64,000 nucleotides of DNA from the human T2T-CHM13v2.0 reference genome, Homo sapiens (GCF_009914755.1 NC_060936.1), one strand, 5' to 3'; numbered from the stretch's first letter, positions 1 to 14,283 are shown. Notes: generated from the sequence alone by a model not told the origin. Translations and numbers: made by a program.

Positions 1-783
1 AAGCCCACCATGGACCTGGCCAGCCCCGAGGCAGCCCCCGCTGCCCCCACTGCCCTGCCCAGCTTCAGCACCTTCATGGACGGCTACACAGGAGAGTTTG
101 ACACCTTCCTCTACCAGCTGCCAGGAACAGTCCAGCCATGCTCCTCAGCCTCCTCCTCGGCCTCCTCCACATCCTCGTCCTCAGCCACCTCCCCTGCCTC
201 TGCCTCCTTCAAGTTCGAGGACTTCCAGGTGTACGGCTGCTACCCCGGCCCCCTGAGCGGCCCAGTGGATGAGGCCCTGTCCTCCAGTGGCTCTGACTAC
301 TATGGCAGCCCCTGCTCGGCCCCGTCGCCCTCCACGCCCAGCTTCCAGCCGCCCCAGCTCTCTCCCTGGGATGGCTCCTTCGGCCACTTCTCGCCCAGCC
401 AGACTTACGAAGGCCTGCGGGCATGGACAGAGCAGCTGCCCAAAGCCTCTGGGCCCCCACAGCCTCCAGCCTTCTTTTCCTTCAGTCCTCCCACCGGCCC
501 CAGCCCCAGCCTGGCCCAGAGCCCCCTGAAGTTGTTCCCCTCACAGGCCACCCACCAGCTGGGGGAGGGAGAGAGCTATTCCATGCCTACGGCCTTCCCA
601 GGTTTGGCACCCACTTCTCCACACCTTGAGGGCTCGGGGATACTGGATACACCCGTGACCTCAACCAAGGCCCGGAGCGGGGCCCCAGGTGGAAGTGAAG
701 GCCGCTGTGCTGTGTGTGGGGACAACGCTTCATGCCAGCATTATGGTGTCCGCACATGTGAGGGCTGCAAGGGCTTCTTCAAG
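1..783 (+). CDS. NR4A1: NR4A1 (Nur77/NGFI-B) first coding exon, 5' partial: Ser/Pro-rich AF-1 domain and first zinc finger
   Basis: Frame reads [10 protein letters not shown]...[29 protein letters not shown], with the NR4A P-box CEGCKG. Donor AAG|GTACC at 783/784. The frame is open from base 1, so the true start is upstream. Confidence 0.98.
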
Positions 784-1608
784 GTACCGCGCAGCCCCAG
801 GTGGGGCCTTTTGTTGGAAATGGAGAGAGGCTGGCCTCATCCCATTGGGACCTGTGGTCTCCCCCTGGGTTCTCCTCCTAGCTAAGTCCTGTCCTGCAGG
901 GTGGGATCAGCCCTGCCAGGTGGGCCGCCTTCCTGGAGACCCGTAGATGCCAGGGCTGGAAGCTTTCATTTGCCGGGACACTCGGGCCCATGGGATTGCA
1001 CAGAGCTGGAGGGAGGGGTGAGATAGGGGCAGATAGGAGCTGCAGGGGTGCCTGGCGAGCCTCTGGTTTTCCTCTGCTCCTCTGCCTGTCCTCTCCCAAC
1101 TCAAGGTTCTAGTGGGAAGGGGTGCCCCCAGGCTCTCATGTTCCTGGCGTGAGATGAAAGGATCCCTGCGGAGGGTTTGGTTCTTGAGGGCTGGGGGTGG
1201 ACTTGGGAACAGGCTGTGTGTTTGTCCCAGCGATGGTGCCTGCTTAGCTTCCCGTCCCCACCCCCCAGCCCCTTGGCCCTCTCCTGTCTGCCCTAGGGAG
1301 AAGGCAGGTGGACAAGGGCCCATGAAAAAATACAGGTGTCTAGACTGCCAGGGAGACCCTGGCCCCCAGTAGTGTGTCCTGGGGACTTCCTCAGAGCGAG
1401 AAACCTCCCCCAATGTCTTCAAGACTTTTCTCTCCCCCCGCCCAACCCCGTCTCTCCCTCCCTTGCCACCCAAATGTTAGAAAAATAGCTGTGAACAGAG
1501 AGCGCTTTTGTCTGCAATGGCAGCAGGATCTGGACGGTCCCCTCCCCTAAGTTCCCCCCTCCCCACCCCACACTCTGACAGCTTGTTCCGTGTTGCCCCC
1601 CCACCCAG

Positions 1609-1738
1609 CGCACAGTGCAGAAAAACGCCAAGTACATCTGCCTGGCTAACAAGGACTGCCCTGTGGACAAGAGGCGGCGAAACCGCTGCCAGTTCTGCCG
1701 CTTCCAGAAGTGCCTGGCGGTGGGCATGGTGAAGGAAG
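1609..1738 (+). CDS. NR4A1: NR4A1 coding exon: second zinc finger
   Basis: Acceptor ccacccag|, [43 protein letters not shown], donor G|GT at 1738/1739; 130 nt. Confidence 0.97.
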
Positions 1739-2072
1739 GTGTGTGGCTGGGGTGCGGCCCAGCGGGGCAAGGGTAGGCTTGAGTGGAGTGGGACCAGCAG
1801 GGCCCCCAGGCTTCTGCCCTGGAGGACCCAGAGGAGGGCACGTCTTATTTCCACCCCACCTCTGAACCCCAGGCCTTGGAGGGAGGCAGCCTACACCTGC
1901 CTGGATTGTGAGGGTGGTGGCAGGGGGAGGTTCCTATAGGGTACCTTGGATCTCAGGGACTCTGGGTCCTAGGGACTCGGTGGGGCGCGTCTCAGCAGTG
2001 GTGTGCACGGCTTGGGCTGAGAGGCCCTTCCTCAGATCCCTTCCTTCCTCACCCCTACCCATTCCTTTGCAG

Positions 2073-2224
2073 TTGTCCGAACAGACAGCCTGAAGGGGCG
2101 GCGGGGCCGGCTACCTTCAAAACCCAAGCAGCCCCCAGATGCCTCCCCTGCCAATCTCCTCACTTCCCTGGTCCGTGCACACCTGGACTCAGGGCCCAGC
2201 ACTGCCAAACTGGACTACTCCAAG
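2073..2224 (+). CDS. NR4A1: NR4A1 coding exon: C-terminal extension (A/T box) and hinge
   Basis: Acceptor tttgcag|, [18 protein letters not shown]...LDYSK, donor AAG|GTGAG; 152 nt; phase consistent with neighbours. Confidence 0.97.
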
Positions 2225-2635
2225 GTGAGGTCCCACCCCGTGTCTGCCTTGGGGAGGTCTATGAGCACATGCAGTGCCTTTGTGCGTGTTAGGAGAGCTA
2301 CCCCCTCTGGAAGGACTGAATGAGAAAGGAGGTTTAAAAAAGAAAGAAAGAAAAGCGACTCCCTCCAGTTCGACAGATCAAAGAGAGGATCCCCCTCTCG
2401 GCTGACCAGATGGGAAAATGCACCCCCTCAGGCAGGTGGCCAATTAGAAAAATATGTCCTTTTGGCAGCTGCAGCCCTGGGTTAATATGTGAGACTTGGC
2501 AAGTGAGAGCCTGGGCAGGATCTCAGATCCACTCCCACTCCCGGGATCTGGCATCCAAGTGTCTGACACAGCCATACGTGGCAGTGGGTGTAGGAGCCTG
2601 CCTGGGGTGCTGACCCCACTGGACCGTCTTCCTAG

Positions 2636-2838
2636 TTCCAGGAGCTGGTGCTGCCCCACTTTGGGAAGGAAGATGCTGGGGATGTACAGCAGTTCTACGA
2701 CCTGCTCTCCGGTTCTCTGGAGGTCATCCGCAAGTGGGCGGAGAAGATCCCTGGCTTTGCTGAGCTGTCACCGGCTGACCAGGACCTGTTGCTGGAGTCG
2801 GCCTTCCTGGAGCTCTTCATCCTCCGCCTGGCGTACAG
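2636..2838 (+). CDS. NR4A1: NR4A1 coding exon: ligand-binding domain, part 1
   Basis: Acceptor cttcctag|, FQELVLPHF...[35 protein letters not shown], donor AG|GTGAG; 203 nt. Confidence 0.97.
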
Positions 2839-2930
2839 GTGAGAGCCACTGACTGTCTGCCCAGCCCCTTTCCCTGATACACCTGCCTGTGAACCACCCT
2901 GATCGCTCTTCGTGCCCATCTGCCTGCCAG

Positions 2931-3109
2931 GTCTAAGCCAGGCGAGGGCAAGCTCATCTTCTGCTCAGGCCTGGTGCTACACCGGCTGCAGTGTGCCCGT
3001 GGCTTCGGGGACTGGATTGACAGTATCCTGGCCTTCTCAAGGTCCCTGCACAGCTTGCTTGTCGATGTCCCTGCCTTCGCCTGCCTCTCTGCCCTTGTCC
3101 TCATCACCG
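2931..3109 (+). CDS. NR4A1: NR4A1 coding exon: ligand-binding domain, part 2
   Basis: Follows a 92-nt intron; [32 protein letters not shown]...LSALVLIT, donor G|GTGAGT; 179 nt. Confidence 0.97.
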
Positions 3110-3562
3110 GTGAGTGACCAGCACCACACCAGGTCCAAGGGAATGGGCGTCAGGGGGTTGACTGGTTCTCAGGAGGGCACTGTCCCAGGGAGTTTGGTGG
3201 GCCGGGATCTAGCACTTTCTGGGCCCCTGCACTGCCCCGGGCTCATGCCAGCAGTAAAGTAGGGACCATAGGAATTGCAGATGGGCTCAGCTGCATCCAG
3301 CTCTAAAGCGCAAGACAGCCTTTGGTCCCAGACTGTCAGGATCCAGACTGCAGGTGTCATGTATGTGGCCTAGGGTATTGGCTTGTTTTTAAAACCTTCC
3401 TGTCAATTATGCTGCATATAGAAAAGTACACAAATGGTAAATTTTCATAAACCGCACTTACCCAACCAGCGCCTTGGTCAAGAAAGAGCACATAACTGCC
3501 CCCCAGAACCCATTATTGTGCCCCCTTCCAGTCATTTGCCCTCCCCAAGGGTAACCACTACT

Positions 3563-3702
3563 TTTTATTTAAATATTTTAAAAATAAGATGGGAATCTCA
3601 CTATGTTGCCCGAGCTGGTCTCGAACTCCTGGGCTCAAATGATCCTCCTGTCTCAGCCTCCTAAAGTGCTGGGATTACAGGTGTGAGCCACCACGCCTAG
3701 CC
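3563..3702 (-). mobile_element. Alu monomer (FLAM-like) within an old L1 3' fragment (about 3400-3780)
   Basis: Contains ctggtctcgaactcctgggctcaa...gctgggattacaggtgtgagccacc; the flanks resemble an L1M 3' end. Confidence 0.8.
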
Positions 3703-4266
3703 CTTCACTGTGACTTCTGACAGTGCAGATCAGATTGGTTGTGCCTGTTTTGGACTTTATGTAAATGTAGTTCTGCAGGATGGAATCTGGTGTTGAATGC
3801 AGAGGTTTTCAGATTTCTCTGTTTTTTAAAGGAAAGAATCCACCCTCGTTCATTTTTTCACTTAAATTGCACAGGGGACCCAACGATATAGAACACAATC
3901 AGAGGTACTCTGGGCTGAGGGAGTGCTGAGTTCTGAGGCTGGGTTTCTCAGAACAGTCTAGATTTTAAAAACCCAATGATCTAGCCAGAAAACGTAGGTT
4001 AGGATTTTATTTCCCGTTTGTGACCCTGGGCAAGTCATTAGCCTCCTGGGCCTCGGGTTCTCACTTGGAGTATGAGGATAATGAGGGTTACTGCTTCTCA
4101 GACTTGTGACGATGCTTACTAATGGCCAACATGTGAATGCGCTTTTGTGAAGTGCCAGCAGAGCATGAGGGGTGGTCAGGGGCAGCAGTTTTAGGGGCCT
4201 GGGGGAGGCTGGGGCTTTGGGGGCCTGGTTCTCAGATGTACAGCTAATCCTGTACCCTTCCCGCAG

Positions 4267-4523
4267 ACCGGCATGGGCTGCAGGAGCCGCGGCGGGTGGA
4301 GGAGCTGCAGAACCGCATCGCCAGCTGCCTGAAGGAGCACGTGGCAGCTGTGGCGGGCGAGCCCCAGCCAGCCAGCTGCCTGTCACGTCTGTTGGGCAAA
4401 CTGCCCGAGCTGCGGACCCTGTGCACCCAGGGCCTGCAGCGCATCTTCTACCTCAAGCTGGAGGACTTGGTGCCCCCTCCACCCATCATTGACAAGATCT
4501 TCATGGACACGCTGCCCTTCTGA
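4267..4523 (+). CDS. NR4A1: NR4A1 last coding exon: end of ligand-binding domain and AF-2
   Basis: Acceptor cccgcag|, [24 protein letters not shown]...[19 protein letters not shown] at 4521-4523. Confidence 0.98.
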
Positions 4524-5085
4524 CCCCTGCCTGGGAACACGTGTGCACATGCGCACTCTCATATGCCACCCCATGTGCCTTTAGTCCACGGACCCCCAGA
4601 GCACCCCCAAGCCTGGGCTTGAGCTGCAGAATGACTCCACCTTCTCACCTGCTCCAGGAGGTTTGCAGGGAGCTCAAGCCCTTGGGGAGGGGGATGCCTT
4701 CATGGGGGTGACCCCACGATTTGTCTTATCCCCCCCAGCCTGGCCCCGGCCTTTATGTTTTTTGTAAGATAAACCGTTTTTAACACATAGCGCCGTGCTG
4801 TAAATAAGCCCAGTGCTGCTGTAAATACAGGAAGAAAGAGCTTGAGGTGGGAGCGGGGCTGGGAGGAAGGGATGGGCCCCGCCTTCCTGGGCAGCCTTTC
4901 CAGCCTCCTGCTGGCTCTCTCTTCCTACCCTCCTTCCACATGTACATAAACTGTCACTCTAGGAAGAAGACAAATGACAGATTCTGACATTTATATTTGT
5001 GTATTTTCCTGGATTTATAGTATGTGACTTTTCTGATTAATATATTTAATATATTGAATAAAAAATAGACATGTAGTTGGAACTG
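4524..5085 (+). promoter_or_regulatory. NR4A1: NR4A1 3' UTR with AU-rich elements, Pumilio elements and poly(A) signal
   Basis: AATAAA at 5057-5062; ATTTA at 4989, 5013 and 5044; TGTANATA at 4799, 4820 and 4941. The 3' end is approximate. Confidence 0.85.
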
Positions 5086-6884
5086 AGATTCAGTCTGTCT
5101 CTGATGCCCCCTCCCCACTCCCCCACCAGACACACCCCATCATTACATAAGAGATGGGCTGCTCAAGATGAAACTTGGATGTTACCAGCCTGAGCTGTCA
5201 GGCCTCAGTGTACTCATTTGTAAAAGGCGGATAATAATGACACCTGCTTCACGAGGTTGTTATGCAAAGCACTTAGACTAATTTCTAACACGTGGGAAGC
5301 CTGCATTAGCTGTGCCTGGCTAGCTGTGCCTGGCTCATTGCTGGGGTCTGCAGTGGCTGACTAGCCCAGGGGTCACTGCAGGGCCCTAGCAATAGACTTA
5401 GCCGCAGATCTCAGGGTTGTCATGTTTCCTAAACTGGACATATATTCTCTGATTCTTGATTTCCACATCCATAAAACAAGAATAGACCCAGCCTCACAGA
5501 GCTTTTACGGTCAGAGGAGTGTGTGTGTAATGCTTAGCATGGGCTGGGTTTAAGTAAGCCCAAATTGGTAGTAGCTGTTACATTCAGGGTTTTAACATCC
5601 CCATTCTCAACATTCCTCCCCACTCTCCTGCCACCCCAGCAAGAAGATCCAGGGATCTGGCGGCCCTCACCTTCTCGGCAAGAAGATTGTACTGAAGTCC
5701 CTACCTGTGCCCGTGTCCCCACGTAGGCCCTCCAACCCCCTAGGCTCGTCAGTTGTTTAGTCAGCTGGCTTAAAATGCAGATTCCTGGGATCTACCCCCA
5801 GAGACTCAGATCTGGGGAGGTGAGGGGGCCCCAAACCTTCAGTTCTAGCAAGTACCCAGGTGCTTGTGATGCAGGTGGCCTGGGGCCACCCTTCTGAGAA
5901 ACATGTGGATGGACCTAACCTGAGGCCCATGGGAGTTGGTCATCATGCAGGGTCTGGCACCTTCCTGTGCTCGGTGCTCACCCAGCCTCACTGTTTGCTT
6001 CTCTAGGACCCAGCAGGAGGCCTGAAGGCAGTGCCCTCACACGTGTTCCTCACAGCCCTTGGCCCAGGACCCCCCAAGTCTCCACCTCCATGGCTCCTGG
6101 GAAGTGGCTGGCTGAGGGGCAGCTCCTACTGGATGGGGCCCGACAGAATAGGGCTCTCAGCTGTGGATGGGGGGAAGCAGGGGCCTTCCCTGGTGCTCCA
6201 GCCACAGCTTGCAGGGAGCCCCCATCCACATACCCTCACTCAGGTTCTGGGAGCACAGTCCAGCCTCAGGCCTGCTGAAGGTCCGAGTGAGGCTGGGGTA
6301 GGGAGACCACGGTCCCGACCCTGGGACATGCTCCCAGCAGTGCTGTGGACTTCCAAACATGTATCCCTGGCATCGCCCACCCAGCCCCAGACCCCTGAGC
6401 GAGGCTTTGTCAGCTGCACCCGCGCCTGACGACATGGGGCCATCAGTAGGTGGGCTTCTGTTTGCCTCCAACTCCATGCTGCTCTCTGAGAAGTCCCTCC
6501 TCCTCACCGAGCCTCAGTTTCCCATCTGTTCAGTGGGGAGGTGAGGCTGGTTAGGAGCAGAGCTTGCTGGGAAATCTCCCGCCAGCTGGCTGGACCGAGT
6601 CCTTTTCCTTTGTGTCACTCACCTCCAGCTCCCTGCCTTTAGCACAGACAGACGTGAGGACAGGACAGGCACTGGGGAAGGCAAGAGGGCTGCTCAGATG
6701 CTCAGGGAGGGGCCAGGGCTGGGAGTGGAGTGGGGCCGAGGGAGCATCTCTATATCTATGGATGAGGCTGGCGGGTATTAGGGTTCACGCTGGCAGATTC
6801 TTTTCATCAGACGCTTGTGATTTCCAGCCCTAGCTGCCATCCCATGAAGACAGCCTGGCTATTCCCACCTCACAGGGACACCAT

Positions 6885-7125
6885 GGGAGAGTGGTGAAAG
6901 CAAGGACCCTGGAGCCCGAGGCCTGGGTTTACATCTGGGCTCCAGCTCTTACTAGCTGTGTGATTTGGGGCAAGTTTGTTAATCTTTCTGTGCCTCAGTG
7001 TCTTCACCTAGAAATAAGAAAACGAATCTATTTTATGAAGTTACTATAAAGATTATAGGAGTGAATACATACAAAGTGTTTTTCACAGTGCCTGGCACAC
7101 AGCAAACACCCAATAAATATTAGCT
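6885..7125 (+). mobile_element. MIR SINE (other MIR fragments at about 3990-4170 and 5190-5330)
   Basis: MIR core: actagctgtgtgatttggggcaag...ctgtgcctcagt...cacagtgcctggcacacag...caataaatattagct. Confidence 0.75.
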
Positions 7126-9239
7126 TTTGTTTTTACAAAAGAGGAGAATTCATTTCAGAGAAAGGATATGACTTTCCCAAGGTCACCTGGCTTGTGAGTA
7201 GCTGAGCTGGGTGCATCTGGCTACTTAACCACTAGGTCTCCCTGCCCAGGGCCTCAAAAATAAGAAGCTCCATTGATGGTGGTTCCTTTTCAGGACCCTG
7301 GCAATTAGGGTACGGGGTGGGGGGCTAGTTCCTCCAGCCCCACCCTGCCCCACCCTGCCCCGCCCAAGGGCTGGAGCCCGGAGGCAGGCCCTTTCTTTCC
7401 ACTCAGCAACTGGAAGAACTGGCCTCCAACTCTTGCTATGGGATGGGAGGGCAAACAAGGGGGCATTGAGCCTGATGGGGCCTCACAATGGCTGCTCTGT
7501 CCAGGCTGGCCGGGGGCTGGGCCCATTTCCGACGGGGACAATAGTCAAAAGGCAGTGACGCCGGCAGGGCCTGGAATCCCAGGCGGGATTTTCCAAGGCC
7601 TCAAAGTCTGCTGTTTGTCCTCACGCGGAGACCCAGGAAGCCTGCCTCTCTGTCTCCCCCACCCCACCCACGCTGGGCCCAGTGCCCAGAGGCCCCTGGC
7701 CCCCTCCCCAGCCCTGAGGTGCCACTGTGACTGGGGAGGGGTGGCTTTGAGGTCTAGGGACTGAGGGAGAGCTCTGTACTCCGGGGGTCTCTGCCTGTAG
7801 CCCTTCCCTGAGGCCAGTGTGGAGGAAGCTGCCCCACACCTGGGCTCCAGCCACCTGGTCTTGGTTATGGAGGGGTGTGGCAAGGGTCAGCCTCCAGGAT
7901 GTGAGAAGCACCTGAAGGTCATGGGAGACCGTGCTATAATGGGGTGTCCTGTCCACATGGCCTGCTCTGAGCACCCAGCATGCTCAGCTGTGTGGCAGCA
8001 GCTCCGCTGCTGCAGAGGGCAGCCTGAGAGAGACTTGTCAGAGGCAGGTGGCCACTGTGTGGTCCCTGGACAGTCAGCAGTGACATCCTTTTGCAGCCAT
8101 GAGGCAGTTGTGCCAGGCACGTCAGAGTTGTGCCCTGGTGAGGCAGTGCTGGGTGGCCTTGTGTGAGCTGGGCCTGGGATCCTAAGAGAGTTTTAGCTTG
8201 GACATCTGGACGAGCCCCAGCCCCTCTCTCACAAGTCCCTGAGTGCAGCAGAGCCCCAGGGCCATTGGGCCTCCTCAGAGGATGAGGTTGAAGGGGTGAG
8301 CCCTGGGTGTCTATCTGGCACCCAGCCCTTCAGGGGCCTGGCCTTGCAGCCTCATAGCTCAGGGAGCAGCTGCTCTGTCTTCCCCGGGGCAGCCAGTGCT
8401 CAGCTCTGGGCTGCAGTCTCTGCCCCAAACCTCTGCCTCCATCCCTGCTCCAGCTTCAGGCTCTCAGGCCTCTTCCTGGGCCCCAGGATGGGAGACTGTC
8501 TGGTTTGGCCTAGGCTGGCCAGTGGGACTTTGAAACCTCCAGCCTCTGATGGTGGGTACAGGAAGGAGTCAGTGCAAAGCAGAGGAAAAGCCCTTTTCAC
8601 TCTCCAATATCTCCTTTCCCACACAAGCCAGAGACCTTCTGAAGGCAGGAGGCACATTTCCAGGTCCCCAGCTGGACTTGGAGCCGGCGGGAAGCCTATG
8701 GGCCCCTGGAGGCCCTGGCCTTGGCTTCCACCTCCTGCCGGCCACTCCTGGGCCCCTGCTGTGTTCATCCTCCCCAGCACCCTGGCTCCCCGTCGTCTCC
8801 TCCTGGGCCCTGACCCTGCCAGACCAAGGGTGCCACTTGAGGTCTCCTCAAGGTCTGACCCAGGCGCTGGCACTGTCCAGCCCCAACTCAGGACCATAAA
8901 TCAGGCCTGGCGTGGCCGCAGGGGCTGGGGGTGGCAGCTGGGACAGGGAGGGGAGTGCGGGGGGGCCTGTCCTGGTACATGCTGCGTTAGCAGGGAGCAG
9001 TGCCCAGCTGCAAGCCAGGCGGGCAGGGTGCTGACTGTTGCTGCACTCCTAGCCTGGAGAACATCAGAGGAAAGAGGCCTCCAATCAGGGAGCCCAGCCT
9101 TGGCATAGCCAAGCAGGAAACCTGGACTCCACCCCAGGGCCCCAGGTAGCTGGGATACCACAAGGACAGATAGAGATGGCCCCTGCCCCGCAAGAAAGCA
9201 GGGACAGAAAAACAGCTCCCCAGTGGCAGATATAGAGAC

Positions 9240-9920
9240 TGCCTTATCTGGGGCAGATAAACAGCCCCCTAACCGTTTGCAAGCACAGTCGCCCAGAATC
9301 CTCTTCCTTAAAGAACGACAGATGCTCAGAACGGCCTGCCAAAGGAATAGATCTTGCAGCAAGGAGAGACAGTCCCGCACCCCCGAGGGACGGAGGCACA
9401 GAAATAAAGCCCGGCTTCTACCCCAACTTGGCCAAACACAGACCTTTCTGGAAAAAAAAGAAAAAAAGAAAAAAAGAGAAAAAAGCCACAAAACACTTCC
9501 CCAACATGGACAGATCCCTGGGTCCTCAGGAGAACAGACAGCACACAAGCTGCTCCCGGCTTGGTCCTAGTCTCCGGGCTGCCTGGTGAGGTTGGCAGGT
9601 TGGGGCTGGGAGGTGCCCCTTTCTCACGCTCTCTGCCACTCTTTCATCCGCCCAGACATTTTCCCCGTCAGGGAGGGTGGGGGCTGGAAGTGACATCCCA
9701 GAAAGGGTGGGAGGTGGAAGAGCCCCTGCCCACGGTCCAGGGGGCAGATGTCAGAGAGGGACAGCTGGTCCTCCTCACCCCCTCAGCCTGCCCAGGCTGG
9801 AGGGTCAGCAGGCAGGGTGCTGGCTTTCCAGCCAGCCTGGCCACCATCAGGAGCCCTGGCCTGACGTCAGTCCCACTCATTGTTGTTGCTGGGGCTTGAG
9901 TCACTCCCTGTGACGCCACT
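9240..9920. promoter_or_regulatory. Candidate signal-responsive enhancer downstream of NR4A1
   Basis: Full CRE TGACGTCA 9862-9869, AP-1 TGAGTCA 9897-9903, half-CREs at 9666 and 9911, ETS GGAAGT at 9686, inverted GATA pair 9244-9260, all in non-repeat sequence. Confidence 0.45.
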
Positions 9921-10440
9921 GGGGTCAGCGCTGGAGCAGCTGGGGTGGCTTGCAGGGGCAGCTTTGGGGCTCAGCTCTCCCCTGGGCACACACCAGGATG
10001 AGTTGGGGCCATTTGAGGCCACATTCACCAGGCGAAGCCAGCTGCCTACTCCCAAGGTCTTGGGTTGGCCTTCAAGGTCTCCCCACAGGCCTCTGCTGCA
10101 GGCATGGCTCGGAGAGTCTGAGCCAGTCGCCTGTCTGCTTGGCAGCTGTGGCTCTGGGCTCGGGCTGAAAATCTGCTCTCTCTTATCCTTGCCTCTCTCA
10201 CCCCCAGAACCCTCAGTTTCTACTCTCTGCCCCCGCCCCCTGTTTTTTTTCTTCCCTCTTCTCCAGGGAGCTTTCCTAGAATAATTCCCACTTCCTCCTG
10301 GAATCAACCCCCTTCCCTGCCATCTCCCTAGGTTGCTGCTTGGTGCTCTCTCAAGCTGTCCTCGTTTTCTCCTGGTGCCTGGTCACTTCCCAACTTGCTG
10401 AGAGCAGGGCTTGGGACTCCTCTTCACTCTGAATGTGTTG

Positions 10441-10756
10441 CTTTCTGTTTTTTATTTGTTTGTTTTTTGTTTTTTGAGACAGAGTCTTTCTCTGTTGCCC
10501 AGGCTGGACTGCAGTGGTATGATCTTGGCTCACTGCAACCTCCACCTCCCAGTTTCAAGCCATTCTCCTGCCTCAGCCTCCTGAGTCGCTGGGATTACAG
10601 GCACGTGCCAGCAGGCCCAGCTACTTTTTGTATTTTTAGTAGAGATGGGGTTTCACCATGTTGGCCAGGCTGGTCTCGAACTCCTGACCTCAGGTGATCC
10701 AACGCCTCGACCTCCCAAATTGCTGGGATTACAAGTGTGAGTCACCGCATCCAGCC
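10441..10756 (-). mobile_element. Alu (AluS-like), full length
   Basis: Dimeric Alu consensus; target-site duplication tgaatgtgt on both sides. Confidence 0.93.
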
Positions 10757-11347
10757 TGAATGTGTCACTTTTTATTCCAGGTAACCAGCATCTCTCCATC
10801 CTGGCCCTCTTGGGTCCCCACAAAACCTGCTGCCATTTCTTTCATACCACTTGTTGGGTTTTCTTACCCACAGGTATCTCCTGGTCCACCTCCTCTGAAG
10901 ACTCTGAGCTCCCAGAGGGCTAGAACTGTGACTTGTCCCCCTTGGCATCACAAGGTATTACAAGGGCCTGGCATGTGGACAGTTCCACGTGTGGCATGAA
11001 TGAATGAATAGACGATTACGTCTTGATCATCAGAGGTAGGGGCATAGAATGAGATAATTCATCCCACACAATCCCAGTTTTTTAACCACTCCCTCCCCTC
11101 CCTGATGGGACTACCAGAGGGGCTGAGACCCAGGGTTGCAGTGAGAATTTCCCTGTAAGAATTCAGGGAGGTAGGAAGAGGCAAGTGTGGGTCAGCATGT
11201 GAGATAAAGAGGTGAGAGGACTCAGCCTTCCTTATGTTCCCCAGTCCAGTAGGCAAGGCTCCATGGAAAGGTGAGTGCCGGAGTAGGGACATAAGTGGGT
11301 GAAAACACTGGTGGAAGGAGGAAAGAGCAGCTGCATGGCCTTGGACG

Positions 11348-12145
<798 letters not shown>

Positions 12146-12323
12146 GGAAACCACTATGCATCACTATGTATGACTGGGCTTCAGTTATAATATCAAGTAA
12201 ATCAGAGAGTGGAGTGTCGGGGAGGTGGACTGTATCTACCTTGAAAGGTAGTTGGAAAAATCAGCACAATAGGGCCTATGAGTGCTGGCATTGTACCTAG
12301 CAAGGTTCAATGATTGGTAGTAG

Positions 12324-12349
12324 TGATGATGATGATGATGATGATGATG
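12324..12349. repeat. (TGA)n microsatellite
   Basis: Direct reading of about nine TGA units. Confidence 0.9.
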
Positions 12350-13128
12350 TCAGGCTAGTGGTCGCAAAGGGCTGAGTTGGAGTGTGTGGATGGCCAGAGA
12401 GATCAGTCACTTCCCTTACTCACTGGCAGTCTCTGGGGATGGGCTCTGGCACCTCCTCCACTCCAGGACTGGTTCCAACCTCCCTTGGTCCCTCTCTCAG
12501 CTTCTTACAGACCCTTCCCTCTCAATATTTCCTCCTGATTGCCGTCTGGTTTTGTGCAGCCTCCCGAAGAGGTCGCTGGTGTGTAGGGCAGGCAGCTTTC
12601 TCTTTCTCCCAGGAGAGGCACCCACACCTGGGATAAGAGGCAAGGGCTGAAAAAGGGCAGAACTGTGGGGAGGAAGGGAAGAGGATAGGGAGCAGATGAT
12701 GGTGGAAAGGCCAGCCTGAGGAGGAGCTTGTGCAGCCAGGTTTCGAAGAACTGAATGGGAGGGGGAAGCCTAAGGGTGAGGTGGTGACAGTGGTGTGCTG
12801 GAGCCAGCTGGCACTGGCCCTCAAGGGCTGATTTTAACCTTGACGATCAAGATGCAATCATCCATCCGTTCTGGACTCTGCATTCATTGATGTCTTGTAG
12901 TTTGAAATCACCTATGATAGGAAATGGGCAAATGCTACAAATCAAGGCATTTCCCTTACCAGAGAGCAGGTGTGAAGCATTTATCAGGACACCACTGGTG
13001 GGTGGGGGTGTATTGGAGAGTGGTGGTACATAGGAGAGAGTTGGCTGAAGAAGCCAGCCAGAAAGAGAGCTCCCATAGTGGCAAAGAGCTTTCGATTTGA
13101 ACTCAAGGCTCTGTTATTTACTGAATGA

Positions 13129-14234
<1,106 letters not shown>

Positions 14235-14283
14235 CAGAAAATGAGCATGGTAATCCCCAGCTAACACCTTAAGAATGCCTCCT

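Noticed and set aside
5308-5336. 14-bp tandem duplication tagctgtgcctggc, with similar small duplications near 33028 and 36350
   Set aside because: Ordinary slippage events in intergenic DNA with no visible functional context.
8296-9548. 270-aa (+) and 215-aa (-) ORFs downstream of NR4A1
   Set aside because: No recognisable domain, Pro/Gly/Arg/Trp-rich or low-complexity composition typical of GC-rich non-coding DNA, and a non-ATG start for the 270-aa ORF.
10351-10697. Alu-derived ORFs (here and at 13769, 14344, 39630, 48705)
   Set aside because: They are standard Alu translations, not genes.
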